DNA of 64,000 nucleotides from NCBI GenBank assembly GCA_018817585.1, contig JAHITE010000123.1, positions 1,280 through 65,279 on the forward strand, given 5' to 3'. Under the pieces are notes generated by a model that was given only the letters and a program-made list of their open reading frames with translations, was not told where the DNA came from and did no database searches. Position numbers and translations under genes: made by a program. Positions 42,173-51,546 of this stretch are shown in pieces (the first letter of the stretch is position 1; every line of letters begins with the position of its first letter). The DNA is from Candidatus Omnitrophota bacterium (GTDB lineage: Bacteria > Omnitrophota > Gorgyraeia > B26-G9).

Positions 42173-42841
42173 TTAAATTGCCGCAAAACGCTCTAAGGAT
42201 TTTTTAACTAAACAAGCTGTTCCGTTATTAATGATATCTTTTATCTGCTCGAGGGTTAGACCTGCGCCTAAGGCAATATTTGTTGCCTTTTCCCGGGTAA
42301 TTAAGTTGTCTGGACCATGACTATCTGTATTTACAACAAAGCCTGTTCCATACTGCAAGCCAAGCCTAGCCACATGGCCATTACCCAGGCAATGCCCAGC
42401 CCTGGCGCTGATTTCCAGATAAATACCTTTACTGGCAGCCAGTTTAACATCATCAGCAGTAATCAATCCAGGATGGGCCACAATATCCACACCAGCCTCA
42501 ATTGCCGCGCGATTAGTGCCAGAGATAACTGGCTCAGACAGAGTCTCCCCATGACCAATAACCAAACAAGCGCCTAAACTCCGAGCATAGGCAGTTAAAT
42601 CCTTAAAATCTTCTAAAGGAATATGGGTAAGTTCCACCCCGGGAATTAATTTAATATCGACTTTTTTCGATAAATCTTTGCATACTTTCACTAAGGCAGA
42701 TAAAACATGTTCAATATTTGAGCGGTCCACATGATCTGTTATCCCCAATACTTTATAGCCCATAACATGGGCCCTTCTGACTAGTTCAGAAGGAACTAAA
42801 CAGCCGTCACTAAGAATAGTATGTGTATGTAAATCAATCAT
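42173..42841 (-). CDS. PHP domain protein (histidinol-phosphate phosphatase-like)
   Basis: MIDLHTH..SDG, ITDH, GVELTH, HGET, AHPG, NTDSH; start set at 42841 because the longer ORF overlaps the tRNA. Confidence 0.88.
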   Translation of the reverse strand: MIDLHTHTILSDGCLVPSELVRRAHVMGYKVLGITDHVDRSNIEHVLSALVKVCKDLSKKVDIKLIPGVELTHIPLEDFKDLTAYARSLGACLVIGHGETLSEPVISGTNRAAIEAGVDIVAHPGLITADDVKLAASKGIYLEISARAGHCLGNGHVARLGLQYGTGFVVNTDSHGPDNLITREKATNIALGAGLTLEQIKDIINNGTACLVKKSLERFAAI

Positions 42842-42859
42842 TTTGACCTCATGAATTAT

Positions 42860-42936
42860 TGGTGCCCCTGAGACGAATCGAACGTCTGGCACTTGGTTTA
42901 GGAAACCAATGCTCTATCCTTCTGAGCTACAGGGGC
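42860..42936 (-). tRNA. tRNA-Arg (CCT)
   Basis: GCCCCTGTAGCTCAGAAGGATAGAGCA-TTGGT-TTCCTAA-ACCAA...GTTCGATTC...CAGGGGCACCA. Confidence 0.95.
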
Positions 42937-43058
42937 AGCATGATAGTTGTACTTTCCGTAGCTTCTTATCCCGCCGCATTTTGGCAAGGGCTACACTTTT
43001 TCGATTTAGGTTTTGGCTATTATTTTGCGGCACAATTCCTCTTAAATTTAATTTTCAG

Positions 43059-44006
43059 TTATTTTTTTAAAGATTTTGCTTTTTCTTTTTCATACCTTGC
43101 TTTTATTTTATCCAGTTTTTCTAAATTGCTGATTATCGTCTGTTTTCGAAAATCATCGCTTTTATCTAAAACTTTATAAAAATAAATTCCCGCGTCATAA
43201 AAATTTTTTTCAATTAACTTAAAATCATCCTGCGCGAATAAATTTACCAAATCAAAATTATACAAGCCCAGCATATAAAAAATATCATCCTCCGGATATT
43301 CGCGGGCTAATGCTTCTAATTGCTCGATTGCTTTTTGATAGGACAGATATCCTTCTCCGGCAATTGCTGTAAAAATTCCATATCTTGCTGTTTGTTCATC
43401 GATCCCCTGAGCGGAATCAAGAAAAAAATCCTCACGCTGCGAAGCGCGTAAATACTGCTTATAATAATCCAGCATATTAGCCCTATCACCCTGCTCATAA
43501 TAAACCGCTGCCAGTTCAGCCAAAGCTCTTTTTACACTGCGGGAATCCGGGCCTTTTAATTTTTTAAATACTCTTTTGTTCTTAGGATAATTCTTAAGAA
43601 CTTCTTCATAATTTTCCAATGCTTTAACATAATCCTTCTTAATATAATACAAAAAAGCAACATACCGGATTAGTTCAATTTTGCCAGGCTCCATAGACAG
43701 TATGCCCTTACCTAAATTTATGGTCTTATCGATTTCTTCCGGAGTTTTAGTCTTAAGAAACTGCGCGATGAAATTATTTTTCGCTTGATTAAAATCAGTA
43801 ATTAAATAGGTATTATCCTGTCTTGAACCGCTTTTTTTAAATGAAGAGCCAGTATCAAACATCATCGCAATAAAGCTCCGAATATTTGAATTAAAAGCAG
43901 CATCAATCTCTTGCCACTTGGGAATAACAACCGTAAACAGTAAAATTATGCCAATTATCGCGCAGACAATCTTTGCAATAAATACAACTGTTTCTCTATC
44001 CATCAT
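43059..44006 (-). CDS. Membrane-anchored TPR protein
   Basis: N-terminal TM; TPR-like helices VAFLYY..DYVKALENYEEVL, LAAVYYEQGD..YYKQYL, IFYMLG. Confidence 0.7.
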   Translation of the reverse strand: MMDRETVVFIAKIVCAIIGIILLFTVVIPKWQEIDAAFNSNIRSFIAMMFDTGSSFKKSGSRQDNTYLITDFNQAKNNFIAQFLKTKTPEEIDKTINLGKGILSMEPGKIELIRYVAFLYYIKKDYVKALENYEEVLKNYPKNKRVFKKLKGPDSRSVKRALAELAAVYYEQGDRANMLDYYKQYLRASQREDFFLDSAQGIDEQTARYGIFTAIAGEGYLSYQKAIEQLEALAREYPEDDIFYMLGLYNFDLVNLFAQDDFKLIEKNFYDAGIYFYKVLDKSDDFRKQTIISNLEKLDKIKARYEKEKAKSLKK

Positions 44007-44056
44007 ATTTAACCTGCGTTTAGCGTTTAGTCAATGGTCAATTAATTTTAAAAATC

Positions 44057-44151
44057 GTAGGGGCGCTGCTTGCCTGCGCCCGTTTATTAATAATTTCATT
44101 TGTTTTTGGTAATTGTATATTATTACGGGCCGGGACAAGCGCGGCCCCTAC
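44057..44151. repeat. REP/REPIN-like inverted pair
   Basis: GTAGGGGCGCTGCTTGCCTGCGCCCG ... CGGGCCGGGACAAGCGCGGCCCCTAC around an AT-rich spacer; GTAG-type REP ends. Confidence 0.7.
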
Positions 44152-44194
44152 CTAGTGTTTTTCTTTTATTTTAGCATTTTATCCAAAGAAAAGC

Positions 44195-44231
44195 AAAAAA
44201 AAGGGTACGGATAATCTGTCCGCGCCCTTTT
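44195..44231 (-). terminator. Intrinsic terminator after apt
   Basis: AAAAGGGTACGGA..TCCGCGCCCTTTT stem with A8 run (U-tract on minus strand). Confidence 0.65.
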
Positions 44232-44252
44232 GGTTTAATATCTAAGCAAACA

Positions 44253-44777
44253 TTAATATTTGATCAAGGAAGTAATTGAATATCCTTTAAGTTTTTTTCT
44301 GCCTTTCAGGAACTCCAGCTCGATCAAAAAACCTATGCCTGCTATTTTAGCTTTAGATTTTTTTAACAGCTGACAAACAGCATTAATCGTCCCGCCAGTT
44401 GCCAAAACATCATCCACAATCAGGACGCTGCCTTGCGCTTTGATCGCGTCTTGGTGAATTGCCAAGGTATCTTGCCCGTACTCTAAGTCATAAGTAACTT
44501 CATAGGTTTTATAAGGCAATTTACCCTTTTTTCTTACCAATACCAATCCAGCATTAAGCTTATAAGCTAAAACTGCTCCAAAAATAAATCCGCGGGCCTC
44601 GACACAAACAACCGCATCGATTTTTTTTCCTTTATACTGCTTATACATTGTATCCACTGTTTGTTTAAACCGTTTAGGGTCTTTTAACAAGGTAGTAATG
44701 TCTTTAAACATTATCCCTTTTTTAGGAAAATCCGGAACATCTCTGATTGATTGGGCAAGTAAGGCTAATGTTTTCAT
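44253..44777 (-). CDS. apt: Adenine phosphoribosyltransferase
   Basis: PDFPKKGIMFKDIT, EARGF, RKKGKLP, LEYG, VDDVLATGGT. Confidence 0.96.
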   Translation of the reverse strand: MKTLALLAQSIRDVPDFPKKGIMFKDITTLLKDPKRFKQTVDTMYKQYKGKKIDAVVCVEARGFIFGAVLAYKLNAGLVLVRKKGKLPYKTYEVTYDLEYGQDTLAIHQDAIKAQGSVLIVDDVLATGGTINAVCQLLKKSKAKIAGIGFLIELEFLKGRKKLKGYSITSLIKY

Positions 44778-45586
44778 TGATCAGCTTCCTCCATAAAACC
44801 CTTAAGTTTTTTCAAAGCATTGTTTTCTATCTGTCTGACGCGCTCCCGGCTGATTTTAAAACTCTTAGCTGTTTCTTCTAATGTCCGAAAAGTTCCATCT
44901 TGCAGTCCATATCGAAGAACTAATATCTGTCTTTCCCGCTCAGACATTTTTTCCAAAAGCTCAGCAATTTTTTCCTGCCTAAGCATTCGGCTTAATTCTT
45001 CAAAAGGGGAAACTACAGATTCATCTTCGATTAAATCCATAAATTCCCCTGAAGAATCTTCACCAATTGGTTTGTGCAATGAAGTTGTCCGCGTCACAAT
45101 CTCGCTTAAACCCTGCGCTTTTTTAATTGTTATCCGCATCTTCTTGGCAATTTCCTTAATCGCCGGAGTTCGCCCTAATTTCTGAGTCAACTGCTCAGTA
45201 ATCCGTTTCCACTTGGTGATGGTTTCAGTCAAGTAGACAGGAACGCGGATAGTTTTACTTTGATTAGCAATTGCTCTGGTTATGAATTGACGGATCCACC
45301 ACGCCGCGTAAGTACTAAATCTATAGCCTTTGCTTGGTTCAAATTTCTCAACCGCGCGCATCAGCCCTAAATTTCCTTCTTCAATCAAATCCGTAATTGG
45401 CACGCCCAAAAAACTGTATTTTTTGGCGATGTTAACTACCAATCGTAGATTTGAATTAATCATTAACTTACGAGCATTAGCATCACCACGTTTTGCTTTT
45501 TTAGCAACCTTCATCTCATCTTCCGGAGATAAAAGTGGGATGTTTTTTATATCTTTTAGATATAATCGGATCGGATCCATCACCAT
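44774..45586 (-). CDS. Sigma-70 factor, RpoD/RpoS-like lacking region 1.1 (group 2-like)
   Basis: DPIRLYLKDI, NLRLVVNIAKKY, DLIEEGNLGL, FSTYAAWWIRQ, SRERVRQIE. Confidence 0.92.
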   Translation of the reverse strand: MVMDPIRLYLKDIKNIPLLSPEDEMKVAKKAKRGDANARKLMINSNLRLVVNIAKKYSFLGVPITDLIEEGNLGLMRAVEKFEPSKGYRFSTYAAWWIRQFITRAIANQSKTIRVPVYLTETITKWKRITEQLTQKLGRTPAIKEIAKKMRITIKKAQGLSEIVTRTTSLHKPIGEDSSGEFMDLIEDESVVSPFEELSRMLRQEKIAELLEKMSERERQILVLRYGLQDGTFRTLEETAKSFKISRERVRQIENNALKKLKGFMEEADQ

Positions 45587-45592
45587 AATTTA

Positions 45593-48286
45593 TTATTTCT
45601 TTCCTTTGCTTTCTTCTAAAGCAGCCTGAGCCGCGGCTAAGCGAGCTATCGGTACCCTAAAAGGAGAACAGCTAACATAGTTAAGGCCAACACGATGACA
45701 AAATTTTACTGATTCAGACTCTCCACCATGTTCTCCACAGATTCCGCATTTTAAATTCGGCTTAATTTTTCTGCCTAAATTAACTGCTGTCTGAACAAGC
45801 TTACCAACACCGTTCTGGTCAATCGTCATAAACGGATCATCAGATAATATTTTCTTTTCAATATAATCCGGCAAGAAAACTCCCGCGTCATCACGACTGT
45901 AACCAAATGTCATCTGAGTTAAATCATTAGTTCCAAAAGAGAAGAACTCGGCTTTTTCCGCTATTTCATCAGCAGTAAGCGCGGCCCGAGGAATTTCAAT
46001 CATTGTTCCCACCATGTATTTAACTTGGGATTTTGCTTTACTGATAATCGCGTCCGCAGTCTCTCTGACAATCGGTTCTAAGAAATCAAATTCCGCTTTA
46101 GTTCCAATTAAAGGAATCATGATTTCCGGAAGAACTTTAATTCCCTTTTTCGCCATATTAACCGCTGCTTCAATAATCGCGGTTGTCTGCATTACACACA
46201 ATTCAGGATAGGTGATTGACAGACGGCATCCGCGATGTCCCAGCATTGGGTTTAATTCATGCAGCTTAGTTACATATTCAAGAACCTTAGCTGTAGAGAT
46301 GTTTAAACGCTTTGCCATTTCTTTCTGTCCAGCAGCATCATTCGGTAGGAACTCATGTAATGGCGGATCAAGTAGACGAATAGTTACTGGGAATCCGTTC
46401 ATTTCTTTAAAAATTCCTTCAAAATCTTTCCGCTGGTAAGGCAGAAGTTTTTTCAATGCTTTTTGGCGGCCTTCAGTATCCTGCGCAAGAATAAACTCGC
46501 GAATTGCCCAAATTCTCTCACCTTCAAAAAACATATGCTCGGTTCTGGTTAAGCCAATACCTTCAGCGCCTAATCTGCGCGCAGCCAATGAATCTTTCGG
46601 AGTATCGGAATTGGTTCTTACGCTGAGCTTGCGATACTGATCAGCCCATTGCATAACCTGTACAAACATCTTATAAATCGGATCTTTCTTTGCCTGCGCA
46701 TTATTTTCAACAACCCCAGAGATTACCGGGCTTGATGAAGTTTTAATATGGCCTAACATAACTTCTCCAGTTGTTCCATCCAAAGAAATCCAATCGCCCT
46801 CTTTAATTACTAATTTACCCACAGTTATCTGCTTTTTAGCATAGTTGATATTTAAAGCGCTGCAACCGGCAATACAGCATTTACCCCAGCCGCGAGCCAC
46901 AACTGCTGCATGAGAAGTTACACCACCTGTTGAGGTAAGAATTCCCTCAGCCGCTGCCATTCCAGCAACATCTTCCGGTGAAGTCTCATGACGCACCAAA
47001 ATAACATTCTTGCCTTTTTGTTTCCAAGCCACTGCTGCATCAGCAGTAAAAACTACCTGACCTGAGGCTGCCCCTGGACCTGCAGGCAAACCTTTAGCGA
47101 TTTTTTTAGCAGCTGCACTAGCTTTAAGATCGAAAATCGGAAACAAAAGCTGATTTAACTGATCGCCCTCAATCCGCATCAAAGCTTCATCAGGTGTAAT
47201 CATTTTTTCTTTAACCATGTCCACAGCTATTTTAACTGCAGCCAGGCCGGTACGTTTTCCGGTACGAGTCTGAAGCATAAACAATTTGCCTTCCTGAATC
47301 GTAAACTCAACGTCCTGCATATCTTTATAATGTGTTTCTAATTTATTCCGGATATCATTGAGTTCTTTATAAATTGCTGGCCATTCTTTTTTAAGATCAC
47401 TGATCGGCTCTGGAGTTCTGATCCCGGCAACAACGTCTTCTCCTTGAGCATTAATTAAAAATTCGCCAAAAAATTCAGTACCGCCATTAGAAGGATTACG
47501 AGTAAAAGCAACCCCTGTTCCTGAAGTATCACCCATATTACCAAATACCATTGCCTGTACGTTCACGGCAGTACCAAGTAACCCGGTAATTTTATTAATT
47601 CTTCGGTAGATTACCGCTCTCGGAATATTCCAGGAACCAAATACAGCATTAACTGAAGCCATTAACTGTTCTTTGGCGCTGGATGGAAAAGGTTTTTTTA
47701 CATGTTTCTCATAAACCTTTTTATATTCTCCACAAAGCTCTTTAAGTTGATCTGCGTTTAGATCATTATCTAACTTGGCTTTGTATTTTTTCTTTATTGC
47801 CGATAGTTTTTCTTCAAAATGTTCATGATGCACTCCCATAACTACATCGCCGAACATATCAATAAACCGACGATAAGCGTCCCAGGCAAGTCTTGGATTA
47901 TTTGTCTTTTTAGCCATACCTTCGACTGCCGCATCATTAAGTCCAAGATTAAGAACAGTGTCCATCATTCCCGGCATAGATGCCGCAGCACCGCTTCTAA
48001 CTGATACTAACAACGGATTATTAGCATCGCCTAATTTAGCATCCATTGTTTTTTCCAGCTTAGCGATATTTTCATCAATCTGCTTTTGAAGTTCATCCGG
48101 ATATTTATTACCATTTTTATAGTAATAATCACAAACTTCGGTTGAAATCGTAAACCCAGGAGGAACCGGAACACCGATACTTGCCATTTCCGCAAGATTA
48201 GCACCTTTACCACCGAGAAGAGCCTTCATGGATTTGTCGCCTTCGGATTGTCCTTTACCAAAAAAATACACATACTTTTTTGCCAT
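45593..48286 (-). CDS. ppdK: Pyruvate, phosphate dikinase
   Basis: LLGGKGANLAEM, SVRSGA, GGVTSHAAVVARG, GIGLTRTEHMFF, FSFGTNDLTQ, GICGEHGG. Confidence 0.97.
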   Translation of the reverse strand: MAKKYVYFFGKGQSEGDKSMKALLGGKGANLAEMASIGVPVPPGFTISTEVCDYYYKNGNKYPDELQKQIDENIAKLEKTMDAKLGDANNPLLVSVRSGAAASMPGMMDTVLNLGLNDAAVEGMAKKTNNPRLAWDAYRRFIDMFGDVVMGVHHEHFEEKLSAIKKKYKAKLDNDLNADQLKELCGEYKKVYEKHVKKPFPSSAKEQLMASVNAVFGSWNIPRAVIYRRINKITGLLGTAVNVQAMVFGNMGDTSGTGVAFTRNPSNGGTEFFGEFLINAQGEDVVAGIRTPEPISDLKKEWPAIYKELNDIRNKLETHYKDMQDVEFTIQEGKLFMLQTRTGKRTGLAAVKIAVDMVKEKMITPDEALMRIEGDQLNQLLFPIFDLKASAAAKKIAKGLPAGPGAASGQVVFTADAAVAWKQKGKNVILVRHETSPEDVAGMAAAEGILTSTGGVTSHAAVVARGWGKCCIAGCSALNINYAKKQITVGKLVIKEGDWISLDGTTGEVMLGHIKTSSSPVISGVVENNAQAKKDPIYKMFVQVMQWADQYRKLSVRTNSDTPKDSLAARRLGAEGIGLTRTEHMFFEGERIWAIREFILAQDTEGRQKALKKLLPYQRKDFEGIFKEMNGFPVTIRLLDPPLHEFLPNDAAGQKEMAKRLNISTAKVLEYVTKLHELNPMLGHRGCRLSITYPELCVMQTTAIIEAAVNMAKKGIKVLPEIMIPLIGTKAEFDFLEPIVRETADAIISKAKSQVKYMVGTMIEIPRAALTADEIAEKAEFFSFGTNDLTQMTFGYSRDDAGVFLPDYIEKKILSDDPFMTIDQNGVGKLVQTAVNLGRKIKPNLKCGICGEHGGESESVKFCHRVGLNYVSCSPFRVPIARLAAAQAALEESKGKK

Positions 48287-48336
48287 TTCTAAAACTACCC
48301 CTTTCCATCATTTAACAATTAACAACATTAATAAAA

Positions 48337-49662
48337 TTAACCTAATTTTTCCTGCAAATATTTATCCAACTGATCTAAGCTTATTCTTTCCTGCAGCATA
48401 GTATCGCGATCCCGGATTGTAATCATATTATCTTCTGTAGACTGAACATCCACGGTAAGACAATACAAAGTACCGATTTCATCTTGACGGCGATAAAGCT
48501 TGCCAATTGAAGCAGTATCGTCGTATTTTACCACATAATTTTTCTTTAAGCCACTAATAATTTTTTTAGCCATTTCAACAATTTGTGGGTTCTTTTTTAG
48601 CAGCGGTAATACAGCGATTTGAAACGGGCAAAGCTCTTTATGCAAGCCCAAGACAACCCTTGTTGCTCCTTTCACCGCCTCTTCACGATAAGCGTCAACC
48701 AAAAATGCGAGTGTTGCTCGGTCAACACCACCGGACGGCTCAATAACATGCGGCAGATATTTCAGATTAGCCGCTTGATCAAAGTACTGCAGATCTTTAC
48801 CACTTTGTTTTGCATGTTGGCTTAAATCAAAGTTTCCTCGATTAGCAATTCCTTCTAACTCTGACCAGCCGAAAGGAAATTCATATTCGATGTCAGTACA
48901 GCCGCTGGCATAATGCGCCAGTTCATCATCAGCGTGAATCCGCAGCTGTAGTTTTTCTTTTTTTATTCCATATTCCTGATACCAGGCAAATCTTTGCTCA
49001 ACCCATTGTTTATATGCTTCTGAAGCATTATCCGGATTTACAAAATATTCGATTTCCATCTGCTCAAATTCCCGGGTGCGAAATGTAAAATTACCGGGAG
49101 TGATTTCATTGCGGAAACTCTTACCAATCTGAGCAATCCCGAACGGTAATTTTCTGTGCCGGGAATTAACCACATTTTGAAAATTAACAAAAATTCCCTG
49201 CGCTGTTTCCGGTCTTAAATAAGTAATCGCGCTTTCATCTTCAATTGGCCCAAGAAATGTTTTTAGCATCAGATTAAACAAACGCGGCGGATTTTTAATC
49301 AAATCTATTTCTGCCTGACAATCCGGACATTTACGCAGATCCCCGGATCCCGGCAAGTGATCAACCCGAAAACGTTTTTTACAGGCTTTGCAGTCAACCA
49401 AAGCATCAGTAAAACCATCCGTATGTCCGGAAGCTTTCCAAGTCGCTGGATGCATTAGGATCGCCGCGTCCAGGCCTTCCATATCATCTCTGTGATGCAC
49501 CACTGAATTCCACCAAGCCTGTTTTACATTGCGTTTTAATTCAACACCCAAAGGACCATAATCCCAGGTACTGCCCAATCCGCCGTAGATTTCAGAACTG
49601 GGAAAAATAAACCCACGGCGTTTACATAAAGAAACAATTGTATCCATTGTTACATTAGACAT
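48337..49662 (-). CDS. glyQS: Glycine--tRNA ligase, dimeric (alpha2) type
   Basis: CKRRGFIFPSSEIYGG, YLRPETAQGIF, FRNEITP, FRTREFEQME, IEPSGGVDR, YRRQDEIGT. Confidence 0.96.
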   Translation of the reverse strand: MSNVTMDTIVSLCKRRGFIFPSSEIYGGLGSTWDYGPLGVELKRNVKQAWWNSVVHHRDDMEGLDAAILMHPATWKASGHTDGFTDALVDCKACKKRFRVDHLPGSGDLRKCPDCQAEIDLIKNPPRLFNLMLKTFLGPIEDESAITYLRPETAQGIFVNFQNVVNSRHRKLPFGIAQIGKSFRNEITPGNFTFRTREFEQMEIEYFVNPDNASEAYKQWVEQRFAWYQEYGIKKEKLQLRIHADDELAHYASGCTDIEYEFPFGWSELEGIANRGNFDLSQHAKQSGKDLQYFDQAANLKYLPHVIEPSGGVDRATLAFLVDAYREEAVKGATRVVLGLHKELCPFQIAVLPLLKKNPQIVEMAKKIISGLKKNYVVKYDDTASIGKLYRRQDEIGTLYCLTVDVQSTEDNMITIRDRDTMLQERISLDQLDKYLQEKLG

Positions 49663-50413
49663 TAGCTAACCTCAACTTCTTTAAAAATTCAAGACTCTTA
49701 AATTGTATTCCCAAATGAAAATCAATAAACCTTCGCAAAATCTGTTCTAATTCAACACTGATACTGCTGATTATTTTAAATGACTGCAAATCTTCTAATT
49801 TTGTTTTTTCAATATGCTCAATTGTCGCCACTGTTCCCTGCATTAAATTATGAGCATTAATATCAAAATTGTAGCATTTTTCGCACAGCAAACCGCCCAA
49901 AACATAACTGAATTTGCTCATTGTAAACATCTGACTGGTACAATGCACACAATAATCAAGGCGCGGCTTAAATCCGGAAAGATCCAAAAACTTTATTTCA
50001 AAGATTTGCGCAATGTTATTTATTTTATCGTTTTTATCAAGAAATTTCAAGAACTTCATTACTAAATCGAAAATTTCTCGATTCTTTTCACCAAAAGGAA
50101 TTGCCGCGCTGATCAATTCAATAATATAACTGGCTAATCCGAATTTTTCCACATTTTTGTCAATATTCGGAAAATGTTCAATTAGATCAGCCTGGCTGAC
50201 AATATGCAAATCGCTTTTCAGACTTTCATAAAAAACAATTGCATTATGAGTAATCGGACTAAAACTTGAACCAAATTTATCAATTTTTCTTCTTGCGCCT
50301 TTTGCCTGTGCATGAATTTTGCCAAAATCAGAAGTAAACAAGCTAACCAAATAACTTGTCTCGCGATAATCTCTTCTATTTAGCACTATGGCATCAGTTT
50401 TATGTATCAGCAT
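49655..50413 (-). CDS. recO: DNA repair protein RecO
   Basis: AIVL..DYRE..GKI...KGAR; CxxC..CxxC zinc finger; context. Confidence 0.92.
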   Translation of the reverse strand: MLIHKTDAIVLNRRDYRETSYLVSLFTSDFGKIHAQAKGARRKIDKFGSSFSPITHNAIVFYESLKSDLHIVSQADLIEHFPNIDKNVEKFGLASYIIELISAAIPFGEKNREIFDLVMKFLKFLDKNDKINNIAQIFEIKFLDLSGFKPRLDYCVHCTSQMFTMSKFSYVLGGLLCEKCYNFDINAHNLMQGTVATIEHIEKTKLEDLQSFKIISSISVELEQILRRFIDFHLGIQFKSLEFLKKLRLANV

Positions 50414-50414
50414 C

Positions 50415-51119
50415 TTATAATCTTAAAAGGAAAAATATTAAACTGGTTAAGCCTAAACCAACCAAAGACCCGGCAATTACTTCTTTTAAACTGTGAAACC
50501 CTGGTCGGATTCTGCTTTGCGCGACCAGCAAAGCCAAAATAAATATCAGAACAATCAGCAGTTTACTGGGAGATAAAAAAAGAGTTATTGACCAGACGGA
50601 AAAAGCCAATGCGGAATGACCCGAGGGCATTCCGCCGCGCAAAGGCTGGCCTCTGCCGATTTTCGCTTTGGAAAATATAACTGTTAAGAGTACAATCAAA
50701 AAAGAAATAAAGGTTATGTGCAAAGGATTATTCCGAATATAATCAATGCTCGTTTGAATCGTATTTTTTGGTAAATTGGTCAAAAATAAAAGATAACCGA
50801 CAAATACCGAATTAATTGCCGCTACCAAGACTGATCCGGCAGCAATATCTTTGATAATTCTCGCCAAAGGATGAAACTCATCAGTAATCAGATCAATGAT
50901 CAGCTCAGTGGCAGTATTCAGCATCTCAGCCAGCAGCACAAACGATATCGTAATCAGTAATAATATAAGTTCTGGTTTTGACAAGTTGCAATACAAACCT
51001 AAAAGCAGCATAATAATGCCCGCCAGAAAATGAAAACGCATATTTCTTTGGGTTTTCAGAACATAAAGAATCCCTTCAATCGCGTAATTAAAACTGTCAA
51101 ACAATCGGCGTTTATGCAT
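50415..51119 (-). CDS. dgkA: Diacylglycerol/undecaprenol kinase fused to PAP2 phosphatase
   Basis: SFNYAIEG..QRNMRFH, EMLNTA.E, KDIAAG; C-terminal GGMPSGHSA, SRI..FH..EV. Confidence 0.88.
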   Translation of the reverse strand: MHKRRLFDSFNYAIEGILYVLKTQRNMRFHFLAGIIMLLLGLYCNLSKPELILLLITISFVLLAEMLNTATELIIDLITDEFHPLARIIKDIAAGSVLVAAINSVFVGYLLFLTNLPKNTIQTSIDYIRNNPLHITFISFLIVLLTVIFSKAKIGRGQPLRGGMPSGHSALAFSVWSITLFLSPSKLLIVLIFILALLVAQSRIRPGFHSLKEVIAGSLVGLGLTSLIFFLLRL

Positions 51120-51546
51120 ACCTTTCCATCAGCTCCTCTTGCATTTTTTTCATTTGCTTAAATTCTAATTTAGTTTTATCGCTGAATCCTAATAAATGGA
51201 GTATGCCATGAATAAGGTAGAGATTTACTTCCGATTCAATGCTCAACTTTAATCGGCTGGCTTGAGATTGGGCAGTTTCCACAGATAATATTACGTCCCC
51301 GAGAATTTGCGGATTAATTTTTCCAAATTCACCATCAGACATTCTAAAGGCCAGCACATCAGTCGGCGAATTCTTATTTAAATAACGTTTATGCAAATCC
51401 GTAATCTGTGGATCATCAACTAAAACAATGCTTAATTCCCCGGAATCAATTCCCCGAGATCTAAGCACATTATTTGCCAAAGTTTTCAGTTTACGGCTGT
51501 TTATTTTTATTTTTTTCTGAAGATTCTTTATGCTTATTTTGTTCAT
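51112..51546 (-). CDS. ybeY: rRNA maturation RNase YbeY
   Basis: PTDVLAF, LGDVILS, IHGILHLLG; start uncertain. Confidence 0.9.
   Translation of the reverse strand: MNKISIKNLQKKIKINSRKLKTLANNVLRSRGIDSGELSIVLVDDPQITDLHKRYLNKNSPTDVLAFRMSDGEFGKINPQILGDVILSVETAQSQASRLKLSIESEVNLYLIHGILHLLGFSDKTKLEFKQMKKMQEELMERYA

Noticed and set aside
42859-43179. 106-aa plus-strand ORF and N-terminal extension of the PHP gene to 42892
   Set aside because: Both overlap tRNA-Arg
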